From positions 186,001 to 250,000 of the IMG/VR virus record IMGVR_UViG_3300020084_000003: a DNA stretch of 64,000 nucleotides. One strand, 5' to 3'. Made by a program: the position numbers and the translations under genes. This document shows, piece by piece, positions 28,696-38,373 of this stretch. The stretch's first letter is position 1. Each line of letters opens with the position of its first letter. Below the pieces are notes generated by a model. That model was not told the DNA's origin and searched no databases. It worked only from the letters and a program-made list of their open reading frames with translations.

Positions 28696-30621
28696 TTACA
28701 TATAGTATTTACCGTTCACATAGTTGACCAATTGTCTCTGTCCGTTCGCATATATGATGCAATTTGTGTGGCACCATGAGCTACTACCTCTATTGTATTT
28801 CAAATCAAGCTTTGACATGGTTCCTACTCTAAACACTCCACGCTGAATTGCCGGTGTATGGCTATGACCGATTACACAGTCACCATATACTTCTTCTAAA
28901 CCATTCAGTGACGGCCTTGCACCATTTATTCCAAGATCACCATGCTCCGATAGCTCCACGTCCGCTATTTTCAGCTTTGTGTTTCTATCCAAAAACACCA
29001 TGTTTTCCAAAATAAACATCACTTCTTCTGTGTCTTGATCTAGAGCATGGAACATGCCAGACTGCAAATCATCCATACCATCTAGCATATCTACTGCTAT
29101 TTTCAAGCTGATATAGTGGTTTTGAGGATCAGTCACATATCTACCAGATTTTAGATATCTTGTCAGAAACTCATCATGGTTTGATTTAACGATATAAGCC
29201 TTGCCAAATACGTCAAGAGATTCGTAAATTTTCTTAACCAATTTATAGGTTAGAACAAGCTCAGATTTAAGATCGCCGCGACTTGCCTTTGATCTTTCAT
29301 ATTTTTCATAAATTGTTTCAATGTGATGTGAGATTGATTCACCGTCAAAAATATCATGCAGGAATATGTTCTCAATATCAAAGTCTTTGAAATCTTCAAC
29401 AAAGCTGTTCACAGCATCCACGTCAACATTAACACCATGAATATCACCGAAAACAATGTTCATAGGGACTTGTTCTGTAGTGCCATCTGCATTATATTTA
29501 ACACCAAGATCAATGAAGTTTCCTTCTTCGTCAGCTTGAATTTGTCTAAAGTGGAAATGTTTTTCGTCTTCTATCTCTACAATGACTGCACCCAACATAT
29601 GGTCATGCGAAGCAATGTATGACAGTCTTTTACTAACAAATGAGTTATTGTGGAAATAATCTCCGGTAGTGCATGAGCCTGTGGTCATAATGCTATAGTT
29701 TCTTCCACGACCGTTGCCGCTTGGTCTATAATCTAGGAATTGTTTCGGGCTTGCAAAAATATATGATCCGCCACGTTTACCAATTCTTGCCAGACCTGTA
29801 GTTGACTTGATTTGCTTGGCTGAAACTTGGATGCTACACAAGAATATGTTTTCATTAAGATCAACGTCATCAGTTACGAAGTTGTATATCGGCTTTTCAA
29901 ATTCTCTGTCAAAAATGGCAGATTTGTTTTCAAAGCTGTTAGTGACGCTTTCACATGGAAGGATTACAATTTGTGCATCTCTTTCTTGTGCATATGTCTT
30001 AATGGCTGAAATAAAGCCTTCATGAACCTTGAAATCTGCAACTGCTGTAGTGACAATATATCTTTTACCGATATAATCACCGCTCTCTAGACCTTCTCTA
30101 TTGAGAATTGATTGCAATGTAGTGAAATTTTCCTTGATATTGTCAGGATAATTCACTTCCATGAAATCGTGCAATTTTGATAGATTTCCAAATGAAGATG
30201 ATATTGTGCTTTTTGTGATACCAAAATCAACAAAGTCGTGCATAGCAGGTAGACGCTTCACCTTATCAATAATCTTCAAGTATGAATTGATTACGAATTG
30301 ACGCTTTTCTTCTGCCAAATCTCTAACATCTTCATCGCTTTCAACATCATTGGTTCTTTCTTTTGGAAGAACGTTTCTTGTAACTTCCTCAGATATACTA
30401 TCATCTTCAAGAATCATTTTGTAAAGACGATCTTTTCCAAAGCCAAAATAGTATTCAACTTTTTTCTTGGTAATACCAGAGCTTTTCAATTCATCATAGG
30501 TAGGATTTCTACCATATTTCTTACATTGCTCTGTAAAGGTTTCAATTAACCTTTTCTTTTTATATTCCAAGTCATCATCTTTGGAATATATCTCTATCTG
30601 AACTTTATCTTCACTAGACAT
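28696..30621 (-). CDS. T5 A1-like metallophosphoesterase nuclease with N-terminal helical repeats
   Basis: YIVTTA, TTGSCT, GAVIVE, FRQI, GDIHG, HDIFDG, SNHDEFL, HGDLG.NGAR, GHSHTP, SSW. Confidence 0.75.
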   Translation of the reverse strand: MSSEDKVQIEIYSKDDDLEYKKKRLIETFTEQCKKYGRNPTYDELKSSGITKKKVEYYFGFGKDRLYKMILEDDSISEEVTRNVLPKERTNDVESDEDVRDLAEEKRQFVINSYLKIIDKVKRLPAMHDFVDFGITKSTISSSFGNLSKLHDFMEVNYPDNIKENFTTLQSILNREGLESGDYIGKRYIVTTAVADFKVHEGFISAIKTYAQERDAQIVILPCESVTNSFENKSAIFDREFEKPIYNFVTDDVDLNENIFLCSIQVSAKQIKSTTGLARIGKRGGSYIFASPKQFLDYRPSGNGRGRNYSIMTTGSCTTGDYFHNNSFVSKRLSYIASHDHMLGAVIVEIEDEKHFHFRQIQADEEGNFIDLGVKYNADGTTEQVPMNIVFGDIHGVNVDVDAVNSFVEDFKDFDIENIFLHDIFDGESISHHIETIYEKYERSKASRGDLKSELVLTYKLVKKIYESLDVFGKAYIVKSNHDEFLTRYLKSGRYVTDPQNHYISLKIAVDMLDGMDDLQSGMFHALDQDTEEVMFILENMVFLDRNTKLKIADVELSEHGDLGINGARPSLNGLEEVYGDCVIGHSHTPAIQRGVFRVGTMSKLDLKYNRGSSSWCHTNCIIYANGQRQLVNYVNGKYYM

Positions 30622-30791
30622 TAATTACTCACTTTCATTATCTTTGCAAAAAAGTTTGGTGTGTTTCCATTGAAACCTTTTCCGCTGTTTAAATTGTCGC
30701 ATATTTCCTTAATATTATTGGAAACTTCTATGACAACGTTAGTCGCATTTTCAATTATAATACTATCTTCAATACTATACTTTCTCTTCAT
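30621..30791 (-). CDS. Small conserved hypothetical protein
   Basis: LNSGKGFNGNTPNFF; likely start MKRK at 30791 (RBS GGGAG). Confidence 0.55.
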   Translation of the reverse strand: MKRKYSIEDSIIIENATNVVIEVSNNIKEICDNLNSGKGFNGNTPNFFAKIMKVSN

Positions 30792-30804
30792 TGCAAACTC
30801 CCAA

Positions 30805-32232
30805 CTAGTCTTCGAAATCGAATATCTCATGCTTCTTAGAAACATTAGTTTTATCTAAAGAATCTTCCCAATCAGTTCCAATATGTTTATTTATTGACTT
30901 GGAGCCTTTTTTATCGTCAAGAGTAGCATCTTTCATTATGCTATCTTGTGCGCTGTCAGAAAGATTATACAACTTCATCTTGGCTCTATCAATTCCTACA
31001 ACAAATCTGCGATAGTTAGATATATCTCCCCATCTGTTTTTCAACTGTTTAATCATAAGATGACCAGATTCTTGCAATTCTTCGGATGTAATAAGACCGA
31101 ACAAGGCGTCAACTGTATGAGGAAGACCCATAGATTCTGAGGTATTTGTGATATCCATATCACTATTTCCATAACCACCACGGTTTGCCTGAGTAGCTGA
31201 AACTATAGGAACATCAAATTCCATAGCCAAACCACGGACTTCTTCTGCAATTGATTTGACCAATGTGTAGCTATTTGCAGCATTAGCACCACGTATTCTG
31301 GAAGAAGCACAAATGTTCAAGTAGTCAATGAAAATAATGTCTGGAATGAATTTCTTTTTAAGTTTTAGTTCGTTAAGAAGATGCCTGAAATGACCAGCAT
31401 GTGCGCCACCGGTTGGATATTCTTTAACATAAATATTCCCTTGTGTTTTCTTTGAAAGACGCGCCATTCTTCTAGTATAAGTGTCCTTATCCATCGCCTT
31501 CAACTCATCAAGGGTTATATCCATGATGTTTGCGTCAATTCTTTCGGATACTCTTTCCTCTGCCAATTCCATAGTAATATAAAGAACATTATATCCGTGC
31601 ATCATGGCTGCTGCTGCTTGGTGACACATCACCAACGATTTACCAGCACCAGTTTCCGCCATATATACAACCAATGATTTTCTTGGCAAGCCGCCTTTGG
31701 TGATGACATTTAGTAAATCAATATCGTATGGTATTCTGGAATCTATGCTATGATAGTAATCAAATCTGTCTGCGAAATCTCCAAAGAAATCGTGGCCTAT
31801 GCTGCTATCAAAGCTCACTGCTAGTGCATCTGACATGATTTGCGGGGCGCTGCCCATATCGTCTTTTTTATCATTGCCTTCATATATTGCAATACATTTT
31901 CTCAGTGCGTTGGCAAAAGCTTGTTGCTGGCAGTATTTTTCTGTTTCTGTAATCAACCAATCTTCGTTTACTTTAGTATCAGGCTTCAATGATTTGAATG
32001 TGTCTTTTATTTCTTTGAATGTTCTTTCCGATATGTCACTTCTTCCTTCGATCAAAATCTTCAATGTTTCAATGGAAGGTGGCTCTTTGTATTCAGATGT
32101 ATATGTTGTTATTGAATCAAAAATCTTTTTATGTGCTTCGTTCTCAAAATAGCTTATGTCTAGGTAAGGCATAACTCTTCTGCTAAAGCTATCATTATAT
32201 ATCAAGTTGGATAGTATCGTATCTACTAGCAT
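30805..32232 (-). CDS. gp41: Replicative helicase (T4 gp41, DnaB-like)
   Basis: AETGAGKS, YITMELAE, KEYPT, IFIDYLNI, SATQANR, SESMGLP, KQLKNR; start 32232 (RBS AGGAG). Confidence 0.95.
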   Translation of the reverse strand: MLVDTILSNLIYNDSFSRRVMPYLDISYFENEAHKKIFDSITTYTSEYKEPPSIETLKILIEGRSDISERTFKEIKDTFKSLKPDTKVNEDWLITETEKYCQQQAFANALRKCIAIYEGNDKKDDMGSAPQIMSDALAVSFDSSIGHDFFGDFADRFDYYHSIDSRIPYDIDLLNVITKGGLPRKSLVVYMAETGAGKSLVMCHQAAAAMMHGYNVLYITMELAEERVSERIDANIMDITLDELKAMDKDTYTRRMARLSKKTQGNIYVKEYPTGGAHAGHFRHLLNELKLKKKFIPDIIFIDYLNICASSRIRGANAANSYTLVKSIAEEVRGLAMEFDVPIVSATQANRGGYGNSDMDITNTSESMGLPHTVDALFGLITSEELQESGHLMIKQLKNRWGDISNYRRFVVGIDRAKMKLYNLSDSAQDSIMKDATLDDKKGSKSINKHIGTDWEDSLDKTNVSKKHEIFDFED

Positions 32233-32257
32233 AAAATCTCCTATAAATTTGTCACCC

Positions 32258-32286
32258 TTTATAGCACATAAACTTTGGGTTGTCAA
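32258..32286 (-). promoter_or_regulatory. Sigma70-type promoter of gp41
   Basis: TTGACA-17nt-TATAAA. Confidence 0.7.
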
Positions 32287-32307
32287 CGATTCTGTATTTT
32301 TATGGAA

Positions 32308-32335
32308 AATCCCTCGCCATTTCTAACGAGGGATT
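32308..32335 (-). terminator. Terminator after uvsX
   Basis: AATCCCTCG...CGAGGGATT plus TT. Confidence 0.65.
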
Positions 32336-32360
32336 AAATTTTTAAAGATTTTGCTAGGCT

Positions 32361-33425
32361 TTATTCTTCGTCTTCATCCATGCTAATTGATTGGTCAAGT
32401 TGTGCAATCTCTTCATTTGTTAGCTTGTATTTACGCTCAACAAATTTCTTGAACTCAGCGTTATTGACAAGCTTAGTAAAGAATGCGTCATCCTTTTCAA
32501 CGTCAGCTTTTCTACGATTAGTCTCAGAAACCTCTCCACTTTCGGGATCGACAGTGACATACCAACCGACTTTTGGTTTTTCAATAAAACCAGCTTCTTC
32601 TGCCAATTCAAACATTGAAGACCATTTCTGTATACCAGCATTGTTCAAAACAGTAAATGGAAGCTTAGATTTTTCCTTTACGTATCTTGACTTTTCAATA
32701 TTAATAGTAAAGTCATAACCAATAATCTCTGTGCCAGACTTGATTTGTGATTTGCCAATAATAAAGACTTGGTTTGCAGAATACATAATGCCTGTTCCGC
32801 CGCTTACAATAGCTTTAGGATATAGACCTTGCTCCATATAGATATGGTTGATAGCAATGCAATATACATTATTTTTAACAACCAATGGAGTTGTAATTCT
32901 GAACAAAGACTTCAAGCTCTTGGCTCTGGACATGTCGGCAACAGACTTTTCGTTTATCGCATCCTCAACTTCTTTTACAGAAGCCATGTTACCAATAGAA
33001 TCAATAAGAATGAATACTTTATCGTTCTTTTCAACAGATTTTAGCTTTTGAACCATGTCGAATTTCAACTGTTCAATATTTTCTATTTCTAGATATAGAA
33101 CACGGTTTGGATCGACGCCAACCATCTTCATGTAATCTTCACTAATACCATACTCACAGTCGTAGAACAGTGCAATACCTTCTGGATATTTGTCTTGGAA
33201 TGCTTTCAAGCAGTAGAGGCTTATTAGTGATTTAAATGTTTTACTTTGCCCGGCTATAACTGTCAAACCGGGAACTAGACCACCATCTATACTACCACTA
33301 AATGCAACGTTAATAATCGGTAAGTCTGTCTTGATGATAGGCTTTTCAGCAAATATAGACGAATCTGCAATGCTTTTAGCTTTTACATGACCTGACTTAG
33401 CCATTCTCTCCATTAATGATGCCAT
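32361..33425 (-). CDS. uvsX: RecA-like recombinase
   Basis: GQSKTFKS, FYDCEYG, IDSIGN, DMSRAKSLKSLFR, SGGTG, KSRYVKE. Confidence 0.95.
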   Translation of the reverse strand: MASLMERMAKSGHVKAKSIADSSIFAEKPIIKTDLPIINVAFSGSIDGGLVPGLTVIAGQSKTFKSLISLYCLKAFQDKYPEGIALFYDCEYGISEDYMKMVGVDPNRVLYLEIENIEQLKFDMVQKLKSVEKNDKVFILIDSIGNMASVKEVEDAINEKSVADMSRAKSLKSLFRITTPLVVKNNVYCIAINHIYMEQGLYPKAIVSGGTGIMYSANQVFIIGKSQIKSGTEIIGYDFTINIEKSRYVKEKSKLPFTVLNNAGIQKWSSMFELAEEAGFIEKPKVGWYVTVDPESGEVSETNRRKADVEKDDAFFTKLVNNAEFKKFVERKYKLTNEEIAQLDQSISMDEDEE

Positions 33426-33691
33426 TAATCAATCTCTCCTTCTGCAATTTTTTTGATTAACATTCTAAACTGCTCTATCTTTTCTATTCTATTAGGCCAT
33501 ACCAAAGTCTTCTGGTCTGGGTTTTCGGAAAGATTGTCCAAGAATTTGTTGAAAACAGCAACTAGAGTGTCAATGCGTCCTGATAAATCTTCGCTTTTCT
33601 CTTCCATTTCTTTCACTTTGACAAGCTCTGAATCATCAAAAGAGAATCCGAAATCATTCAGATCGTCTATATTTATTTTATTTTTTTCCAT
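33425..33691 (-). CDS. Conserved hypothetical protein
   Basis: DFGFS...L..NP....WPNR motif common next to gp32 in T4-like phages. Confidence 0.6.
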   Translation of the reverse strand: MEKNKINIDDLNDFGFSFDDSELVKVKEMEEKSEDLSGRIDTLVAVFNKFLDNLSENPDQKTLVWPNRIEKIEQFRMLIKKIAEGEID

Positions 33692-33710
33692 ATTAGTTTT
33701 CCAAAGTTAG

Positions 33711-33730
33711 TGAGGGGCAAAAGCCCCTCA
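33711..33730 (-). terminator. Terminator after gp32
   Basis: TGAGGGGC-AAAA-GCCCCTCA. Confidence 0.75.
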
Positions 33731-33732
33731 TC

Positions 33733-34722
33733 TTATTTCTTTTTTACTAGATTTTGGAAATAATCTAGTTCTTCATCGTCATCATCATCTGAGATTGAAG
33801 AAGATTTATTAGAGGCTTTTGGCTCATCTTCTTCCTCATCAATATCTGAAAGATCAAATTTTGACTTTGAAGACTTCGGCTCTTTGCGCTCTTCTGTTTT
33901 ATTTTCTTCTTCATCGTCATCATCAAATGACAAGGAACGCTTTGAACCACCATTGCTTCTAACGTCTGATTTATTTCCTAGAACAATGTCTAGTCTTTCT
34001 TTAAGTTGCTCGTAGGTCTTGAATGACTCCGGTGCAATCAATTCAGAAAGATTGTGACGCTGGTTCCAGATTTCCTCAATTTCACTGTCGCTCTCTGCAA
34101 TAGGAGTTGTCTTTCTATCAAATTCAGAATCGTCATAGTTATTGAAACCTGCAACGTTCTTAATTCTTAGACGGAAATTAGCACCTTCCCAAAGATCAAA
34201 TGGGTTTACTGCTTCGTCGCCTTCATACTCTGGTTTAGACATTTTAGTAATTTTATCGAAAATCTTCTTGCCAAAGCGGAACATAAAGACTTTGCCTTCA
34301 TTTGAAGGATTGCCGGGGTCTTTGACGACCAAAATATTGGCAACGAAAGTTCTTTTCCTTTTTTGCTTTTCGCTAACAATTTTCTTATCTTCATCATTGC
34401 CAGAATTCCACAACTTATTATTAAGTTCTGAAACTGGATCAGGTTCGCCATTTAAAGTTGTTCTTGATTTTTCAATATACCACAATCCGGTCGGACCTTT
34501 GAAACCATGTTCAAAATAGTCAACTACGGATGGATCATTATCGGATTCAACATCACCTTGAAGGAATCGGATAATTGCAGAACCATTTTTATTAGCGTCT
34601 AGAGTTGGGGTCCAATATTTTCCCGCGTCTGGGTTCTTTGCGCTAGAGTTTACGCTGTCTAGTTGTTCAGCTAGTTTTTGTGCAGCTTTATCTCTGTTTT
34701 TCTTCATGTTCTTAAAGGACAT
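33733..34722 (-). CDS. gp32: Single-stranded DNA-binding protein
   Basis: AIIRFL, HGFKG...WYIE, ANILVVKDP.NP.NEGKVF, FGKKIFDKI, GANFRL, NYDDSEF; acidic tail. Confidence 0.95.
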   Translation of the reverse strand: MSFKNMKKNRDKAAQKLAEQLDSVNSSAKNPDAGKYWTPTLDANKNGSAIIRFLQGDVESDNDPSVVDYFEHGFKGPTGLWYIEKSRTTLNGEPDPVSELNNKLWNSGNDEDKKIVSEKQKRKRTFVANILVVKDPGNPSNEGKVFMFRFGKKIFDKITKMSKPEYEGDEAVNPFDLWEGANFRLRIKNVAGFNNYDDSEFDRKTTPIAESDSEIEEIWNQRHNLSELIAPESFKTYEQLKERLDIVLGNKSDVRSNGGSKRSLSFDDDDEEENKTEERKEPKSSKSKFDLSDIDEEEDEPKASNKSSSISDDDDDEELDYFQNLVKKK

Positions 34723-34797
34723 TCTATGTTCTCCTATTTTAATTCTATGTTTTCTATTTTTCTATGTAGCGATGCACATATATCTATGCATCATCAT

Positions 34798-34805
34798 TAT
34801 TTATA
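34798..34805 (-). promoter_or_regulatory. T4-type late promoter of gp32
   Basis: TATAAATA. Confidence 0.7.
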
Positions 34806-34807
34806 CT

Positions 34808-35407
34808 TTAATCAAAGTAGTTTTCTAATGTGAGCATAATTTTATTTTTATCATACTTTAGGAACGGATGGTATTTTTCGGCCATCTTAATCACTTTCGG
34901 TGTTAACACCGGATCGGATATGGTATCAAGCCAGTAATGACCCACCTTTGATATATCCAATAATATTGAAAATGTCTCTAGAGATATCTTCTTAGACAAG
35001 TATAACGAAAGAACCAGAGGTTTGTTCCCGTTTGTTACGCGGAAATTGCTCTCGAATGAAACATCATTTAAATGTTTAATTTCAGATTGAAAGTTATACT
35101 CTATGGCACTGGTGATTTTCACCCATTGACGATAGACGGTCATGCCATCACTTTCGTCAACTATATCACCTATCCATTTTTGGGGATTTCTAGAAAGATT
35201 GGCAATTAAGATACCTTCATAGTCTCTCATCTTGCTCAATTTTACAAAACTAAATTTGTCTCTTCTAGTTTTAAACGAATCAAACTTCGCTCTTACTTTA
35301 CCGTTATACCTGAAAAAGTCGTAGTTGTCAAGAGTGAAGTGCTGCTTTAGTGCCACATAAGTTTGATATACTGAAAACGCCTGTTGATCGAAATCATCAT
35401 ATACCAT
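34808..35407 (-). CDS. gp59: Helicase loader
   Basis: Y.ALKQHF...YDFFRYNGK...RRDK..F.KL; ISLETF. Confidence 0.9.
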   Translation of the reverse strand: MVYDDFDQQAFSVYQTYVALKQHFTLDNYDFFRYNGKVRAKFDSFKTRRDKFSFVKLSKMRDYEGILIANLSRNPQKWIGDIVDESDGMTVYRQWVKITSAIEYNFQSEIKHLNDVSFESNFRVTNGNKPLVLSLYLSKKISLETFSILLDISKVGHYWLDTISDPVLTPKVIKMAEKYHPFLKYDKNKIMLTLENYFD

Positions 35408-35627
35408 TAGTCTCGCCTTTAATCATAAGAAGAATTTTAGCTTCTCTCTTAATCTTTTCTTTTAAAATTGGGCTTTTCTTTAGTATCTCACCGACGCTCT
35501 CAAGCTCTAAATTATTTTTTTCACAATAATCTACAATTGCATCCAAATAAGAATTTCCACCCTTTATTTGTCTTTCTATTTCTTTAATTATTGTATCCTG
35601 ATTTAATATTCTTCTCACAGTTTGCAT
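35397..35627 (-). CDS. gp33: Late transcription coactivator
   Basis: IE.....YLDAIVDYCE...LE......LKEKI..EA; adjacent to gp59. Confidence 0.85.
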   Translation of the reverse strand: MQTVRRILNQDTIIKEIERQIKGGNSYLDAIVDYCEKNNLELESVGEILKKSPILKEKIKREAKILLMIKGETNGI

Positions 35628-35821
35628 TCCTTTATTTTAAACACGTTATATGCCATACTGCTTATGAATACATTATCATTTGATTTGATCGGAGGTATGG
35701 TCAATCTTTCATCAAAAACACCATCAACAAATACATCCATGAATGTGCTTTCCCCGAAATTAAGCACATCTATTTTAATAATCTTTCCTTTAATTTCAGA
35801 CATATAAGTGTCTACTAGCAT
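35615..35821 (-). CDS. Hypothetical protein
   Basis: RBS AAGGAG. Confidence 0.5.
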   Translation of the reverse strand: MLVDTYMSEIKGKIIKIDVLNFGESTFMDVFVDGVFDERLTIPPIKSNDNVFISSMAYNVFKIKECKL

Positions 35822-35834
35822 GTTATCTCCTTCG

Positions 35835-35855
35835 GAAAGGGGAGAACCCCCTTTC
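35835..35855. terminator. Hairpin terminator
   Basis: GAAAGGGG-AGAAC-CCCCTTTC. Confidence 0.6.
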
Positions 35856-36188
35856 TTATCTTTTATTTTTTATAAATTCGTATAGCTTGTTAGCAGTATT
35901 TATAACATCATCCTCATCATATCCTTGTTTAGACGCAGTTTCCGCAATATTACTTGTAACAGAATTTGAATTTATTGAAAATGGTGTGGCGTTGTAACCC
36001 ACAGAAGACGCTGATATAGTTCTATTTGTAGCCAATTTTCCGCCTTCAATAACATTATTCTCTACTATAATATCGGACGCCAACTTTGCGGCGTCCAACT
36101 TGTTGTCTTCTTTTGATTGAAGAATGGTTTGTGCTAACTTTAGGACTTCCAATCTAATTTGGAATGGTGAACTATCTGTATTACTCAT
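35856..36188 (-). CDS. Conserved hypothetical protein
   Basis: PFQIRLEVLKLAQ...DVINTANKLYEFI; start MSNT at 36188. Confidence 0.6.
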   Translation of the reverse strand: MSNTDSSPFQIRLEVLKLAQTILQSKEDNKLDAAKLASDIIVENNVIEGGKLATNRTISASSVGYNATPFSINSNSVTSNIAETASKQGYDEDDVINTANKLYEFIKNKR

Positions 36189-37011
36189 CTTTTTTACTTC
36201 CCATTGCGCTTGCTCTTTCCTCATCAGTAAAAGCAGTTTTAGCATAAGCTTCTGTTAAAGAAGCACTTGAACCGCTAACCATCTCAGCTTTAAGGCTATT
36301 AACCATACGTGTCGCGGCCATGCTGGTAGCAGTAACGCCAGCAGAATCATGCGCGTATTGAATGGTGTTATTTACATTAAAACCTAATTGTGATCCAACT
36401 GAAAATGCATCAATGTTTGCCCCCATGAACATAAATGCCCAATTGGATTCATTACATTTAGAATACATTTTTTGGATATCTGCCATACTAAATGTTTTTG
36501 AAGCATTTTCAAGACCATCTGTGATTATTGTTATGATAACACTTGGTCTTTCTTTCTTCTTGGCAGAAGCCAGTTTTTGATTTACTGTAGCAATAACAGA
36601 ACCCATACCATCATATAGATTAGTCATACCGATTGGGTTATAATCTTCATTGGTAATTTCTCTTACTTCTTCAACATTGACATTATCTCTTATAGCCTTG
36701 ACGTGATTTCCGTCAAAGGTGTAAACTGATATAAATGTTTTAATGTTATTTGTCTTGGCGTCTTCTCTTTGAGATGCTATAAACTCGTTTGCAGAAGAAA
36801 CGGTTGTATCTCTCAATCTTCCCATAGACCCTGATTCGTCTATCAATAGAACTACGTGAGCGCCATTCTTACCAGCTTTTTTTGCTTTAAAAGCTTCGCC
36901 AATTTGACCTAGCGGTTTTTGCACTGGCATGTAAGTTGTAGGAATAGTCAATTTGCCCCACTGGTAATTTGCATTTAATGGCGGCAATGCGTTTGGATCG
37001 TATAATGACAT
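36181..37011 (-). CDS. von Willebrand factor A domain protein
   Basis: MIDAS DESGSM, T.LYD, IITDGLENAS, FMFMGAN; start MSLY at 37011 (RBS AGGAG). Confidence 0.88.
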   Translation of the reverse strand: MSLYDPNALPPLNANYQWGKLTIPTTYMPVQKPLGQIGEAFKAKKAGKNGAHVVLLIDESGSMGRLRDTTVSSANEFIASQREDAKTNNIKTFISVYTFDGNHVKAIRDNVNVEEVREITNEDYNPIGMTNLYDGMGSVIATVNQKLASAKKKERPSVIITIITDGLENASKTFSMADIQKMYSKCNESNWAFMFMGANIDAFSVGSQLGFNVNNTIQYAHDSAGVTATSMAATRMVNSLKAEMVSGSSASLTEAYAKTAFTDEERASAMGSKKDE

Positions 37012-37064
37012 GTTATGTCTCCTATGTGTTGTGATGTGTGTGATGCAACGGATGCTGCATTTTT

Positions 37065-37095
37065 TATTTATACCACATAACAACGCATAAGTCAA
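37065..37095 (-). promoter_or_regulatory. Composite promoter: sigma70 plus T4 late
   Basis: TTGACT-17nt-TATAAA, where the -10 is part of TATAAATA. Confidence 0.7.
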
Positions 37096-37105
37096 GCAAA
37101 AGTTC

Positions 37106-37113
37106 TATAAATA
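37106..37113 (+). promoter_or_regulatory. T4-type late promoter for the GIY-YIG gene
   Basis: TATAAATA about 30 nt upstream of ATG 37144. Confidence 0.7.
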
Positions 37114-37143
37114 AAGTTACACATTAACATCAAGGATTTTAAC

Positions 37144-37869
37144 ATGACAACTTATTACGTATATAGAATTACCAATAATAAACCGAATAGCATTCCAAAA
37201 TACTACTACGGTTTCAGAAAATGCAACACAAGCCCATCATTAGATACAAAATATATGGGAAGTTCTAAATATCTCAAACAAGACATAAAGAACATTGGCA
37301 TAGAATATTTCTCAAAGAAAATAATAAAAACATTTAATAATAAAGAATCTGCGATTGACTACGAAATCATGTTGCATCTAAAATTTAATGTTGATAAAAA
37401 CGTCATGTTTTATAACAGATGTAAAGCGAATAAATTTGGGTATAAATGCACAGGAGATGTTCTTAAAGGTAAAAGTTATACCGACATACACGGCGAAGAA
37501 AAAGCCATTAAATTAAAAGAAGAAAGATCAAGAAAAATTAAAGAAATCTCTTCTAACCGTAATTATATAGGCGATAAAAATCCAAATTATGGCAATAAAT
37601 GGAGTGAAGCCATGAAAGAAAAAATGTCAGAAATGAAATCGGGTCAAAATAATCCTATATATGGCAAAATCATAATAAATAACGGTATAAAAGAAAAAAG
37701 AATATCTAAAGATTCAAATATTCCAGAAGATTATGTTATAGGCAGAATCAGAAAAGATGTTTCTGGTATAGTAGAAGATTTTTTGAATTCTGGTCTTAGT
37801 AGAAAAGAATTTTCATTATTAAGAAACATAAACTACAACACTCTAAAGAAATATTTAAAGGGGGTTTAA
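37144..37869 (+). mobile_element. Free-standing GIY-YIG (Seg-like) homing endonuclease with NUMOD3-like motifs
   Basis: YVYRITN...YYYG, YMGSS, E..L, FYN; G.KNPNYG / G.NNPIYG; only plus-strand gene; very AT-rich. Confidence 0.85.
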
Positions 37870-37878
37870 ACCCCCTTT
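37857..37878. terminator. Bidirectional terminator between convergent genes
   Basis: AAAGGGGG-TTTAAA-CCCCCTTT. Confidence 0.7.
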
Positions 37879-38356
37879 AAACGAATTCACTAGATTTATT
37901 TGCAACTCTATCCGCACCAAATGATGCAGCAAATGCATCTGGTTTTAATTTAGGAGAAATTCCTGTTACACCCAAAATATATCCCGCAGCTTGTGAAGCA
38001 ACGCAATTTGAACCATTCATAGGGTCTGTAGATATATCACAATGAATCTCTACATCAAATTCATCAATGAACCCTACCAATTGTGTATATAGTTCGCAAA
38101 CTTTTTGGACTTCATTCATAAGTCTAATGCTTGGTCTATTCTTCTTAACATCATAATCAGCTTCTACTGATCTGTTAGAGAATACTCTACATCCGTGTCT
38201 TCCATTAATGTGAACAACACATACGGTCGCATACTTGGCAAACCATCTTCCATCCTTCTTAAAGCGAACAGAATCACATCCTAAGTAAATTTTTGTGTCT
38301 GGACCCACAGTTAATAGTAAGTCTACTAATTCTTCGATTTGTGATTGGGTGAACAT
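37877..38356 (-). CDS. RNase H-like YkuK family protein
   Basis: IYLGCDS, RLMNEV, EIHCDI, KPDAFAASFGAD. Confidence 0.85.
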   Translation of the reverse strand: MFTQSQIEELVDLLLTVGPDTKIYLGCDSVRFKKDGRWFAKYATVCVVHINGRHGCRVFSNRSVEADYDVKKNRPSIRLMNEVQKVCELYTQLVGFIDEFDVEIHCDISTDPMNGSNCVASQAAGYILGVTGISPKLKPDAFAASFGADRVANKSSEFV

Positions 38357-38373
38357 GTCATTTTCCTTCTATA

